Notes: generated by a model not told the origin, from the sequence alone. A stretch of DNA of 64,000 nucleotides from Eledone cirrhosa (GCA_964016885.1 OZ024740.1:251782001-251846000), one strand, 5' to 3'. Counted from the first letter of the stretch, positions 1 to 13,400 are shown. Program-made: numbers and translations.

Positions 1-58
1 TTTAATTTAATTTAATTTAATTTAATTTAATTTAATTTTATTTTATTTTATTTTATTT

Positions 59-134
59 AAAAAACGAAACGAAACCGGGGTACCTAAAAAAACGAACGAA
101 AAGAAACCGGGGAACCTAAAAAATCGAACGAAAT
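59..134 (+). repeat. Leader segment preceding almost every 25-bp array (first example); made of two ~27-32-bp subrepeats plus a partial third
   Basis: AAAAAACGAAACGAAACCGGGGTACCT-AAAAAAACGAACGAAAAGAAACCGGGGAACCT-AAAAAATCGAACGAAAT. It recurs with small variants before the arrays of domain 1, except those at ~4615 and ~15898. Confidence 0.93.
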
Positions 135-873
135 GAAATTATCTCCCCTTGGCTTCATGGAAATTATCTCAACTCGGCCGGCTGGATACTATCTCCCCTT
201 GGCCGGCTGGAAATTATCTCCCCTTAGCCGGCTGGAAATTATCTCCCCTTGGCCGGCTGGATAATATCTCCCCTTGGCCGGCTGGAAATTATGTTCTCTT
301 GGCCGGCTGGAAATTATCTCCCCATGGCCGGCTGGAAATTATCTCCCGTTGGCCGGGTGGATATTATCTCCCCTTGGCCGGCTGGATGTTATCTCCCCTT
401 GGCCAGCTAGAAATTATCTCCCCTTGGCCGGCTGGAAATCATCTTCTCTTGGCCGGCTGGAAATTATCTCCCTTTGGCCGGCTGGATATTATCTCCCCTT
501 GGCCGGCTGGATATGATCTCCCCTTGGCCGGCTGGAAATTATCTCCCCTTGGCCGGTTGGAAATTATCTCCCCTTGGCCGGCTGTAAATTATCTCCCCTT
601 GGCCGGCTGGAAATTATCGCCCCTTGGCCGGCTGGATGTTATGTCCCCTTGGCCGGCTGGATATTATCTCCCCTTGGCCGGCAGGAAATTATATCCCCTT
701 GGCCGGCTGGAAATAATCTCCCCTTGGCCGGCCGGAAATTATCTCCCTTTGGCCGGCTTGATATTATCTCCCCTCGGCCGGCTGGAAATTATCTCCCCTT
801 GGCCGGCTGGAATTTATCTCCCCTTGGCCGGCTGGAATTTATATCCCTTTGCCCGGCTCGAAAATATCTCCCC
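135..873 (+). repeat. First 25-bp monomer array (about 30 copies), representative of domain 1 arrays
   Basis: Direct 25-bp periodicity with single-base variants (GATATT, GATACT, GATGTT, CCAGCTAG etc.). It ends with a terminal box ATCTCCCC followed by (TAAAT)n. Confidence 0.97.
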
Positions 874-1078
874 TAAATTAAATTAAATTAAATTAAATTA
901 AATCAAATTAATTAAATTAATTAATTAATTCATTTTATTTTTTTTATTCTAATTATTTTTATTTTTTTTTATTAATTACGTTATTAATTAATTATGTTAA
1001 TTGATTTTATTTGAATCCAATGTAATTTAATTTAATTTAATTTAATTTAATTTAATTTAATTTTATTTTATTTTATTT
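874..1078. repeat. AT-rich quasi-palindromic spacer (first complete example): (TAAAT)n-(AATT)n-T-rich-ACGT core-(AATT)n-(AATTT)n-(ATTTT)n
   Basis: The left pentamer run (TAAAT)n is the reverse complement of the right run (ATTTA)n. The segment is almost entirely A/T and the same layout recurs between arrays. Confidence 0.92.
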
Positions 1079-1489
1079 AAAAAACGAAACAAAACCGTGT
1101 TACCTAAAAAAACAAACGAAAAGAAACTGGGGAACCTAAAAAATCAAACGAAAAGAAACTGGGGAACCTAAAAAATCAAACGAAACGAAATTATCTCCCC
1201 TTGGTCTGCTGGAAATTATCTCCCCTTGGCCGGCTGGATATTATCTCCCCTTTTCGACTGCAAATGATCTTCTCTTGGCCGGCTGGAAATTATCTCCCTT
1301 TGGCCGGCTGGAAATTATCTCCCCTTGGCCGGCTGGAAATTATCTCCCATTGGCTGGCTGGAAATTATCACCCCTAGGCCGGCTGGAAATTAACTTCACT
1401 TGGCTGGCTAGAAACTATCTTCCCTTGGCCGGCTGGATATTATCTCCCCTTGGCTGGCTGGAAATAATCTCCCCTTGGCCGGCTGGAAA

Positions 1490-4400
1490 TTATGTCCCCT
1501 TAGCCGGCTCGAAATTATCTCCCCTAAATTAAATTAGATTAATTAAATTAAATTAAATTAAATCAAATTAATTAAATTAATTAATTAATTAATTTTATTT
1601 TTTTTATTCTAATCATTTTTATTTTTTTTTATTAATTACGTTATTAATTAATTAATTAATTATGTTAATTGATTTTATTTCAATCCAATGTAATTTAATT
1701 TAATTTAATTTAATTTAATTTAATTTAATTTTGTTTTATTTTATTTTATTTTATTTAAAAAACGAAACGAAACCGTGGTACCTAAAAAAACGAACGAAAA
1801 GAAACCGGGGAACCTAAAAAATCGAACGAAATGAAATTATCTCCCCTTGGCTTGCTGGAAATTATCTCAACTCGGCCGGCTGGATACTATCTCCGCTTGG
1901 CCGGCTGGATATTATCTCCCCTTGGCCGGCTGGATGTTATCTCCCCATGGCCAGCTAGAAATTATCTCCCCTTGGCCGGCTGGAAATTATCTTCTCTTGG
2001 CCGGCTGGAAATTATCTCCCTTTGGCCGGCTGGATATGATCTCCCCTTGGCCGGCTGGATATGATCTCCCCTTGGCCGGCTGGAAATTATCTCCCCTTGG
2101 CCGGTTGGAAATTATCTCCCCTTGGCCGGCTGGAAATTATCTCCCCTTGGCCGGCTGAAAATTATAGCCCCTTGGCCGGCTGGATGTTATGTCCCCTTGG
2201 CCGGCTGGATATTATCTCCCCTTGGCCGGCAGGAAATTATATCCCCTTGGCCGGCTGGAAATAATCTCCCCTTGGCCGGCCGGAAATTATCTCCCTTTGG
2301 CCGGCTGGATATTATCTCCCCTCGGCCGGCTGGAAATTATCTCCCCTTGGCCGGCTGGAATTTATATCCCTTTGCCCGGCTCGAAAATATCTCCCCTAAA
2401 TTAAATTAAATTAAATTAAATCAAATTAATTAAATTAATTAATTAATTATGTAAATTGATTTTATTTCAATTTAATGTAATTTAATTTAATTTAATTTAC
2501 TTTAATTCAATTCAATTTAATTTAATTTAATTTAATTTAATTTAATTTACTTTAATTCAATTTAATTTAATTTAATTTAATTTAATTTAATTTTATTTTA
2601 TTTCATTTAAAAAACGAAACGAAACCGGTGTGCCTAAAAAAACAAAAGAAAAGAAACCGGGGAACCTAAAAAATCAAACGAAACGAAATTATCTCCCCTT
2701 GGCCTGCTGGATATTATCTCCCCTTGGCCAGCTGGAAATAATCTCCCCTTGGCCGGCTGGAAATTATGTCCCCTTGGCCGGCTCGAAATTATCTCCCCTG
2801 AATTAAATTAAATTAAATCAAATTAATTAAATTAATTAATTAATTAATTTTATTTTTTTTATTCTAATTATTTTTATTTTTTTTTATTAATTACGTTATT
2901 AATTAATTAATTAATTAATTATGTTAATTGATTTTATTTCAATCCAATGTAATTTAATTTAATTTAATTTAATTTAATTTAATTTAATTTAATTTAATTT
3001 AATTTAATTTAATTTAATTTAATTTAATTTAATTTAATTTTATTTTATTTTATTTAATTTTATTTAAAAAACGAAACAAAACCGGGGTACCTAAAAAACA
3101 AACGAAAATAAACCGGGGAACCTAAAAAATCAAACGAAATGAAATTATCTCCCCTTGGTCTGCTGGAAATTATCTCCCCTTGGCCGGCTGGATATTGCCT
3201 CCCCTTGGCCGACTGCAAATTATCTTCTCTTGGCCGGCTGGAAATTATCTCCCTTTGGCCGGCTGGAAATTATCTCCCCTTGGCCGGCTGGATATTATGT
3301 CCCTTTGGCTGGCTGGAAATTATCACCCCTAGGCCGGCTGGGAATTAACTCCACTTGGCTGGCTAGAAACTATCTTCCCTTGGCCGGCTGGATATTATCT
3401 CCCCTTGGCCGGATGGAAATAATCTCCCCTTGGCCGGCTGGAAATAATGTCCCCTTAGCCGGCTCGAATTTATCTCCCCTAAATTAAATTAAATTAATTA
3501 AATTAATTAATTAATTAATTTTATTTTTTTTATTCTAATTATTTTTATTTTTTTTTATTAATTACGTTATTAATTAATTAATTAATTATGTTAATTGATT
3601 TTATTTCAATCCAATGTAATTTAATTTAATTTAATTTTATTTTATTTTATTTTATATTATTTCATTTTATTTTATTTTATTTTATTTTATTTAAAAAACG
3701 AAACGAAACCGGGGTACCTAAAAAAACGAACGAAAAGAAACCGGGGAAGCTAAAAAATCGAACGAAATGAAATTATCTCCCCTTGGTTTGCTGGAAATTA
3801 TCTCAACTCGGCCGGCTGGATACTATCTCCCCTTGGCCGGCTGGAAATTATCTCCCCTTAGCCGGCTGGAAATTATCTCCCCTTGGCCTGCTGGATAATA
3901 TCGCCCCTTAGCCGGCTGGAAATTATTTTCTCTTGGCCGACTGGAAATTATCTCCCCTTGGCCGGCTGGAAATTATCTCCCCTTGGCCGGCTGGATATTA
4001 TCTCCCCTTGGCCGGCTGGATGTTATCTCCCCTTGGCCAGCTAGAAATTATCTCCCCTTGGCCGGCTGGAAATTATCTTCTCTTGGCCGGCTGGAAATTA
4101 TCTCCCTTTGGCCGACTGGATATTATCTCCCCTTGGCCGGCTGGATATGATCTCCCCTTGGCCGGCAGGAAATTATATCCCCTTGGCCGGCTGGAAATAA
4201 TCTCCCCTTGGCCGGCCAGAATTAATCTCCCTTTGGCCGGCTGGATATTATCTCCCCTTAGCCGGCTTGAAATTATCTCCCCTTGGCCGGCTGGATATTA
4301 TCTCCCCTCGGCCGGCTGGAAATTATCTCCCCTTGACCGGCTGGAATTTATCTCCCCTTGGCCGGCTGGAATTTATATCCCCTTGACCGGCTGGAAATAA

Positions 4401-7400
4401 TCTCCCCTTGACCGGCTCGAAAATATCTCCCCTAAATTAAATTAAATTAAATTAAATTAAATCAAATTAATTAAATTAATTAATTAATTAATTATATTTT
4501 TTTTATTTTATTTATTTTCATTTTTTTTTATTAATTACGTTATTAATTAATTAATTAATTATGTAAATTGATTTTATTTCAATGTAATGTAATTTAATTT
4601 AATTTAATTTAATCGAAATTATCTCCCCTTGGCCTGCTGGAAATTATCTCCCCTTGGCCGGCTTGATATTATCTTCCCTTGGCAGGCTGGAAATTATCTC
4701 CCCTTGGCCGGCTGGAAATATACTCCCCTTGGCCGGCTGGAAATTATCTCCCCTTGGCCGGCTCGATATTATCTCCCCTAGGCCGGCTGGAAATTATCTC
4801 CCCTTGGCCGGCTGGAATTTATCTCCCCTTGGCCGGCTGGAATTTATATTCCCTTGGCCGGCTGGAAATAATCTCCCCTTGCCCGGCTCTAAAATATCTC
4901 CCCTAAATTAAATTAAATTAAATTAAATTAAATCAAATTAATTAAATTAATTAATTAATTAATTATATTTTTTTTATTTTATTTTTTTTTATTTTTTTTT
5001 ATTAATTACGTTATTAATTAATTAATTAAATATGTAAATTGATTTTATTTCAATTTAATGTAATTTAATTTAATTTAATTTAATTTAATTTACTTTAATT
5101 CAATTCAATTTAATTTAATTTAATTTAATTTAATTTAATTTTATTTAAAAAACGAAACGAAACCGGTGTACCTAAAAAAACAAACGAAAAGAAACCGGGG
5201 AACCTAAAAAATCGAACGAAATGAAATTATCTCCCCTTGGCTTGCTGGAAATTATCTCCCCTTAGCCGGCTGGAATTTATCTCCCCTTGGCCGGCTGGAT
5301 ATTATGTCCCCTTAGCCGGCTGGAATTTATCTTCCCTTGGCCGGCTGGATATTATCTCCCCTTGGCCGGCTGGTAATTATCTCCCCTTGGCCGGCTGGAA
5401 ATTATCTCCCCTTAGCCGGCTGGAATTTATCTCCCCTTGGCCGGCTGGATATAATCTCCCCTTGGTCGGCTGGAAATTATCTTCTCTTGGCCGACTGGAA
5501 ATTATCTCCCCTTGGCCGGCTGGAAATTATCTCCCCTTGGCCGGCTGGATATTATCTCCCCTTGGCCGGCTGGATATTATCTCCCCTTGGCCAGCTAGAA
5601 ATTATCTCCCCTTGGCCGGCTGGAAATTATCTTCTCTAGGCCGGCTGGAAATTATCTCCCTTTGGCCGGCTGGAAGTTATCTCCCCTTGGCTGGCTGGAT
5701 ATTATCTCCCATTGGCCGACTGGAAATTATCTCCCCTTAACCGGCTGGAAATTATCTCCCCTTGACCGGCACGAAATTATCTCCCCTAAAGTAAATTAAA
5801 TCTAATTAATTAAATTAATTAATTAATTATTTATATTTTTTTTATTTTATTTTTTTTATTTTTTTTATTAATTACGTTATTAATTAATTAATTAATTATG
5901 TAAATTGATTTTATTTTAATTTAATTTAATTTAATTTACTTTAATTCAATTTAATTTAATTCAATTTAATTTAATTTTATTTTATTTCATTTAAAAAACG
6001 AAACGAAACCGGTGTGCCTAAAAAACAAAAGAAAGAAACCGGGGAACCTAAAAAATCGAACGAATCGAAATTAACTCCCCTTGGCCTGCTGGAAATTATC
6101 TCCCCTTGGCCGGCTGAAAATTAGCTCCCTTTGGCCGGCTGGATACTATCTCCCCTTGGCCGGCTGTAAATTATCTCCCCTTGGGCGGCTGGAAGTTATC
6201 TCCCCTTGGCCGGCTGGATATTATCTCTCCTTGGCCAGCTAGAAATTATCTCCTCTTGGCCGGCTGGATATTATCACCCCTTGGCCAGCTGGAAATTATC
6301 TCCACTTGGCCGGCTGGAAATTATCTCCTCTTGGCCGGCTGGAAATTATCTCGCCTTGGCCGGCTGGAAATTATCTCCTCTAAAATAAATTAAATTAAAT
6401 TAAATTAAATTAAATTAAATCAAATTAATTAAATTAATTAATTAATTATTTATATTTTTTTTATTTTATTTATTTTATTTTTTTTATTAATTACGTTATT
6501 AATTAATTAATTAATTATGTAAATTGATTTTATTTCAATTTAATGCAATTTAATTTAATTTACTTTAATTCAATTTAATTTAATTCAATTTAATTTAATT
6601 TTATTTTATTTTATTTCATTTAAAAAACGAAACGAAACCGGTGTGCCTACAAAACAAAAGAAAAGAAACCGGGGAACCTAAAAAATCGAACGAAACGAAA
6701 TTATCTCCCCTTGGCCTGCTGGAAATTATCTCCCCTTGGCCGGCTGAAAATTATCTCCCCTTGGCCGGCTGGAAATTATCTCCCTTTGGCCGGCTGGATA
6801 TTATCTCCCCTTGGTCGGCTGGATATGATCTCCCCTTGGCCGGCTGGAAATTATCTCCCCTTGGCCGTTGGAAATTATCTCCCCTTGGCCGGCTGGAAAT
6901 TATCTCCCCTTGGCCGGCTGGAAATTATCGCCCCTTGGCCGGCTGGATGTTATGTCCCCTTGACCGGCTGGATATTATCTCCCCTTGGCCGGCAGGAAAT
7001 TATATCCCCTTGGCCGGCTGGAAATAATCTTCCCTTGGCCGGCCGGAAATTATCTCCCTTTGGCCGGCTGGATATTATCTCCCCTTGGCCGGCTTGAAAT
7101 TATCTCCCCTTGGCCGGCTGGATATTATCTCCCCTTGGCCGTCTGGAATTTATCTCCCCTTGGCCGGCTGGATATTATCTCCCCTTGGCCGGCTTGAAAT
7201 TATCTCCCCTTGGCCGGCGGGATATTATCTCCCCTTGGCCGACTGGATATTATCTCCCCTTGGCCGACTGGAAATTATCTCCGCTTGGGCGGCGGGATAT
7301 TATCTCCCCTTGGCCGGCTGTAAATTATCTCCCCTTGGCCGGCTGGAAGTTATCTCCCCTTGGCCGGCTGGATATTATCACCCCTTGGCCAGCTGGAAAT

Positions 7401-10400
7401 TATCTCCACTTGGCCGGCTGGAAATTATCTCCTCTTGGCCGGCTGGAAATTATCTCGCCTTGGCCGGCTGGAAATTATCTCCTCTAAATTAAATTAAATT
7501 AAATTAAATTAAATTAAATCAAATTAATTAAATTAATTAATTAATTATTTATATTTTTTTTATTTTATTTATTTTTATTTTTTTTATTAATTACGTTATT
7601 AATTAATTAATTAATTAATTATGTAAATTGATTTTATTTCAATTTAATGTAATTTAATTTAATTTAATTTACTTTAATTCAATTTAATTTAATTCAATTT
7701 AATTTAATTTAATTTTATTTTATTTTATTTAAAAAACGAAACGAAACCGGTATACCTAAAAAAACAAACGAGAAGAAACCGGGAAACCTAAAAAATCGAA
7801 CGAAACGAAATTATCTCCCCTTGGCCTGCTGGAAATTATCTCCCCTTGGCCGGCTGAAAATTATCTCCCCTTGGCTAGCTGGTAAAAATCTCCCCTTGGT
7901 CGGCTGGAAATTATCTCCCCTTGGCTGGCTGGAAATTATCTCCCCTTGGCCGGCTGGAAATTGTCTCCCCTAGGTCGGCTGGAAATTATCTCCCCTTGGC
8001 CGGCTGGTAATAATCTCCCCTTGGTCGACTGGAAATTATCTCCCATCGGCCGACTGGATATTATCTCCCCTTGGCCGGCTTGAAATTATCTCCCTTTGGC
8101 CGTCTGGATATTATCTCCCCTTGGCCGGCTGGAAATTATCTCCCCTTGGCCGGCTGGATATTATCTCCCCTCGGCCGTCTGGAAATTATCTCCCATTTGA
8201 CGACTGGAATTTATCTCCCCTTGGCCGGCTGGATATTATCTCCCCTTGGCCGACTGGAAATTATCTCCCCTTAGTCGGCTGGAAATTATCTCCCCTCGGC
8301 TGTCTGGAAATTATCTCCCATTTGACGACTGGAATTTATCTCCCCTTGGCCGGCTGGATATTATCTCCACTTGGCCGACTGGAAATTATCTCCCCTTAGT
8401 CGGCTGGAAATTATGTCCCCTTGGCAGGCCCGAAATTATCTCCCCTAAAGTAAATTAAATTAAATTAAATTAAAAAACGAAACGTAACCGGTATACCTAA
8501 AAAAACAAACAAGAAACCGGGAAACCTAAAAAATCGAACGAAACGAAATTATCTCCCCTTGGCCTGCTGGAAATTATCTCCCCTTGGCCGGCTGAAAATT
8601 ATCTCCCCTTGGCTAGCTGGAAATTATCTCCCCTTGGCCGGCTGAAAATTATCTCCCTTTGGCCGGCTGGATACTATCTCCCCTTGGTCAGCTAGAAATT
8701 ATCTCCCCTTGGCCGGCTGGATACTATCTCCCCTTGGCCAGCTGGAAATTATCTCCACTTGGCCGGCTGGAAATTATCTCCTCTTCGCCGGCTGGAAATT
8801 ATCTCGCCTTGGCCGGCTGGAAATTATCTCCTCTAAATTAAATTAAATTAAATTAAATTAAATTAAATTAAATCAAATTAATTAAATTAATTAATTAATT
8901 AATTTTATTTTTTTTATTCTAATTATTTTTATTTTTTTTATTAATTACGTTATTAATTAATTAATTAATTATGTTAATTGATTTTATTTCAATCCAATGT
9001 AATTTAATTTAATTTAATTTAATATAATTTAATTTAATTTAATTTAATTTAATTTTATTTAAAAAACGAAACGAAACCGGGGTACCAAAAAAACGAACGA
9101 AAAGAAACCGGGGAACCTAAAAAATCGAACGAAATGAAATTATCTCCCCTTGGCTTGCTGGAAATTATCTCAACTCGGCCGGCTGGATACTATCTCCCCT
9201 TGGCCGGCTGGATGTTATCTCCCCTTGGCCAGCTAGAAATTATCTCCCTTTGGCCGGCTGGATGTTATCTCCCCTTGGCCAGCTAGAAATTATCTCCCTT
9301 TGGCCGGCTGGATATTATCTCCCCTTGGTCGGCTGGATATGATCTCCCCTTGGCCGGCTGGAAATTATCTCCCCTTGGCCGTTGGAAATTATCTCCCCTT
9401 GGCCGGCTGGAAATTATCTCCCCTTGGCCGGCTGGAAATTATCTCCCCTTGGCCGGCGGGATATTATCTCCCCTTGGCCGGCAGGAAATTATATCCCCTT
9501 GGCCGGCTGGAAATAATCTTCCCTTGGCCGGCCGGAAATTATCTCCCTTTGGCCGGCTGGATATTATCTCCCCTTGGCCGGCTTGAAATTATCTCCCCTT
9601 GGCCGGCTGGATATTATCTCCCCTTGGCCGTCTGGAATTTATCTCCCCTTGGCCGGCTGGATATTATCTCCCCTTGGCCGGCTTGAAATTATCTCCCCTT
9701 GGCCGGCGGGATATTATCTCCCCTCGGCCGGCTGGATATTATCTCCCCTTGGCCGACTGGAAATTATCTCCGCTTGGGCGGCGGGATATTATCTCCCCTT
9801 GGCCGGCTGGATATTATCTCCCCTTGGCCGGCTGGAAATTATCTCGCCTTGGCCGACTGGAATTTAGCTCCCCTTGGCCGGCTGGAAATATACTCCCCTT
9901 GGCCGGCTGGAAATATATTCCCCTTGGCCGGCTGGAAATTATCTCCTCTTGGCCGGCTGGATATTATCTCCCCTTGGCCGGCTGGATATTATCTCCCCTC
10001 GGCCGGCTGGAAATTATCTCCCCTTGGCCGGCTGGAATTTATCTCCCCTTGGCCGGCTGGAATTTATCTCCCCTTGGCCGGCTGGATTTTATACCCCGTT
10101 GGCCGGCTGGAAATAATCTCCCCTTGCCCGGCTCGAAAATATCTCCCCTAAATTAAATTAAATTAAATTAAATCCAATTAATTAAATTAATTAATTAATT
10201 ATATTTTTTTTATTTTATTTTTTTTTATTTTTTTTTATTAATTACGTTATTAATTAATTAATTAATTATGTAAATTGATTTTATTTCAATTTAATGTTAT
10301 TTAATTTAATTTAATTTAATTTAATTTAATTTACTTTAAATCAATTTAATTTAATCTAATTTAATTTAAGTTAATTTTATTTTATTTTATTTCAAAAACG

Positions 10401-13400
10401 AAACGAAACCCGTGTACCTAAAAAAACAAACGAAAAGAAACCGGGGAACCTAAAAAATCGAACGAAACGAAATTATCTCCCCTTGGCCTGCTGGAAATTA
10501 TCTTCCCTTGGTCGGCTTGATATTATCTCCCCTTGGCAGGCTGGAAATTATCTCCCCTTGGCCGACTGGAAATTATCTCTCCTTGGGCGGCGGGATATTA
10601 TCTCCCCTTGGCCGGCTGGAAGTTATCTCCCCTTGGCCAGCTGGAAATTATCTCGCCTTGGCCGGCTGGAATTTAGCTCTCCTTGGCCGGCTGGAAATAT
10701 ACTCCCCTTGGCCGGCTGGAAATATACTCCCCTTGGCCGGCTGGAAATTATCTCCTCTTGGCCGGCTGGATATTATCTCCCCTTGGCTGCTGGATATTAT
10801 CTCCCCTTGGCCAGCTGGAAATTATCTCCACTTGGCCGGCTGCAAATTATCTCCTCTTGGCCAGCTGGAAATTATCTCCCCTAAATTAAATTAAATTAAA
10901 TCAAATTAATTAAATTAATTAATTAATTGATTATATTTTTTTTATTTTATTTATTTTAATTTTTTTTTTAATTACGTTATTAATTAATTAATTAATTATG
11001 TAAATTGATTTTATTTTAATTTAATGTAATTTAATTTAATTTAATTTACTTTAATTCAATTTAATTTAATTTTATTTAATTTTATTTTATTTTATTTTAT
11101 TTAAAAAACGAAACGAAACCGGGGCACCTAAAAAAACAAACGAAAAGAAACCGGGGAACCTAAAAAATCGAACGAAATGAAATTATCTCCCCTTGGCTTG
11201 CTGGAAATTATCTCAACTCGACCGGCTGGATACTATCTCCCCTTGGCCGGCTGGAAATTATCTCCCCTTAGCCGGCTGGAAATTATCTCCCATTGGCCGG
11301 CTGGATATTATCTCCCCTTGGCCGGCTGGATGTTATCTCCCCTTGGCCAGCTAGAAATTATCTCCAGTTGGCCGGCTGGAAATTATCTTCTCTTGGCCGG
11401 CTGGAAATTATCTCCCTTTGGCCGGCTGCATATTATCTCCCCTTGGCCGGCTGGATATGATCTCCCCTTGGCCGGCTGGAAATTATCTCCCCTTGGCAGG
11501 TTGGAAATTATCTCCCTTTGGCCGGCTGAAAATTATCTCCCTTTGGCCGGCTGGATACTATCTCCCCTTGGTCAGCTAGAAATTATCTCCCCTTGGCCGG
11601 CTGGATACTATCTCCCCTTGGCCAGCTGGAAATTATCTCCACTTGGCCGGCTGGAAATTATCTCCTCTTCGCCGGCTGGAAATTATCTCGCCTTGGCCGG
11701 CTGGAAATTATCTCCTCTAAATTCAATTAAATTAAATTAAATTAAATTAAATTAAATCAAATTAATTAAATTAATTAATTAATTAATTTTATTTTTTTTA
11801 TTCTAATTATTTTTATTTTTTTTATTAATTACGTTATTAATTAATTAATTAATTATGTTAATTGATTTTATTTCAATCCAATGTAATTTAATTTAATTTA
11901 ATTTAATATAATTTAATTTAATTTAATTTAATTTTATTTTATTTAAAAAACGAAACGAAACCGGGGTACCAAAAAAACGAACGAAAAGAAACCGGGGAAC
12001 CTAAAAAATCGAACGAAATGAAATTATCTCCCCTTGGCTTGCTGGAAATTATCTCAACTCGGCCGGCTGGATACTATCTCCCCTTGGCCGGCTGGAAATT
12101 ATCTCCCCTTAGCCGGCTGGAAATTATCTCCCCTTGGCCGGCTGGATAATATCTCCCCTTGGCCGGCTGGAAATTATGTTCTCTTGGCCGGCTGGAAATT
12201 ATCTCCTCTTGGCCGGCTGGAAATTATCTCCCCTTGGCCGGCTGGATATTATCTGCCCTTGGCCGGCTGGATGTTATCTCCCCTTGGTCAGCTAGAAATT
12301 ATCTCCCTTTGGCCGGCTGGATATTATCTCCCCTTGATCGGCTGGATATGATCTCCCCTTGGCCGGCTGGAAATTATCTCCCCTTGGCCGTTGGAAATTA
12401 TCTCCCCTTGGCCGGCTGGAAATTATCTCCCCTTGGCCGGCTGGAAATTATCGCCCCTTGGCCGGCTGGATGTTATGTCCCCTTGGCCGGCTGGATATTA
12501 TCTCCCCTTGGCCGGCAGGAAATTATATCCCCTTGGCCGGCTGGAAATAATCTTCCCTTGGCCGGCCGGAAATTATCTCCCTTTGGCCGGCTGGATATTA
12601 TCTCCCCTTGGACGGCTTGAAATTATCTCCCCTTGGCCGGCTGGATATTATCTCCCCTCGGCCGGCTGGAAATTATCTCCCCTTGGCCGTCTGGAATTTA
12701 TCTCCCCTTGGCCGGCTGGATATTATCTCCCCTTGGCCGGCTTGAAATTATCTCCCCTTGGCCGGCGGGATATTATGTCCCCTTAGCCGGCTCGAAATTA
12801 TCTCCCCTAAATTAAATTAGATTAATTAAATTAAATTAAATTAAATCAAATTAATTAAATTAATTAATTAATTAATTTTATTTTTTTTATTCTAATCATT
12901 TTTATTTTTTTTTATTAATTACGTTATTAATTAATTAATTAATTATGTTAATTGATTTTATTTCAATCCAATGTAATTTAATTTAATTTAATTTAATTTA
13001 ATTTAATTTAATTTTGTTTTATTTTATTTTATTTTATTTAAAAAACGAAACGAAACCGTGGTACCTAAAAAAACGAACGAAAAGAAACCGGGGAACCTAA
13101 AAAATCGAACGAAATGAAATTATCTCCCCTTGGCTTGCTGGAAATTATCTCAACTCGGCCGGCTGGATACTATCTCCGCTTGGCCGGCTGGATATTATCT
13201 CCCCTTGGCCGGCTGGATGTTATCTCCCCATGGCCAGCTAGAAATTATCTCCCCTTGGCCGGCTGGAAATTATCTTCTCTTGGCCGGCTGGAAATTATCT
13301 CCCTTTGGCCGGCTGGATATGATCTCCCCTTGGCCGGCTGGATATGATCTCCCCTTGGCCGGCTGGAAATTATCTCCCCTTGGCCGGTTGGAAATTATCT

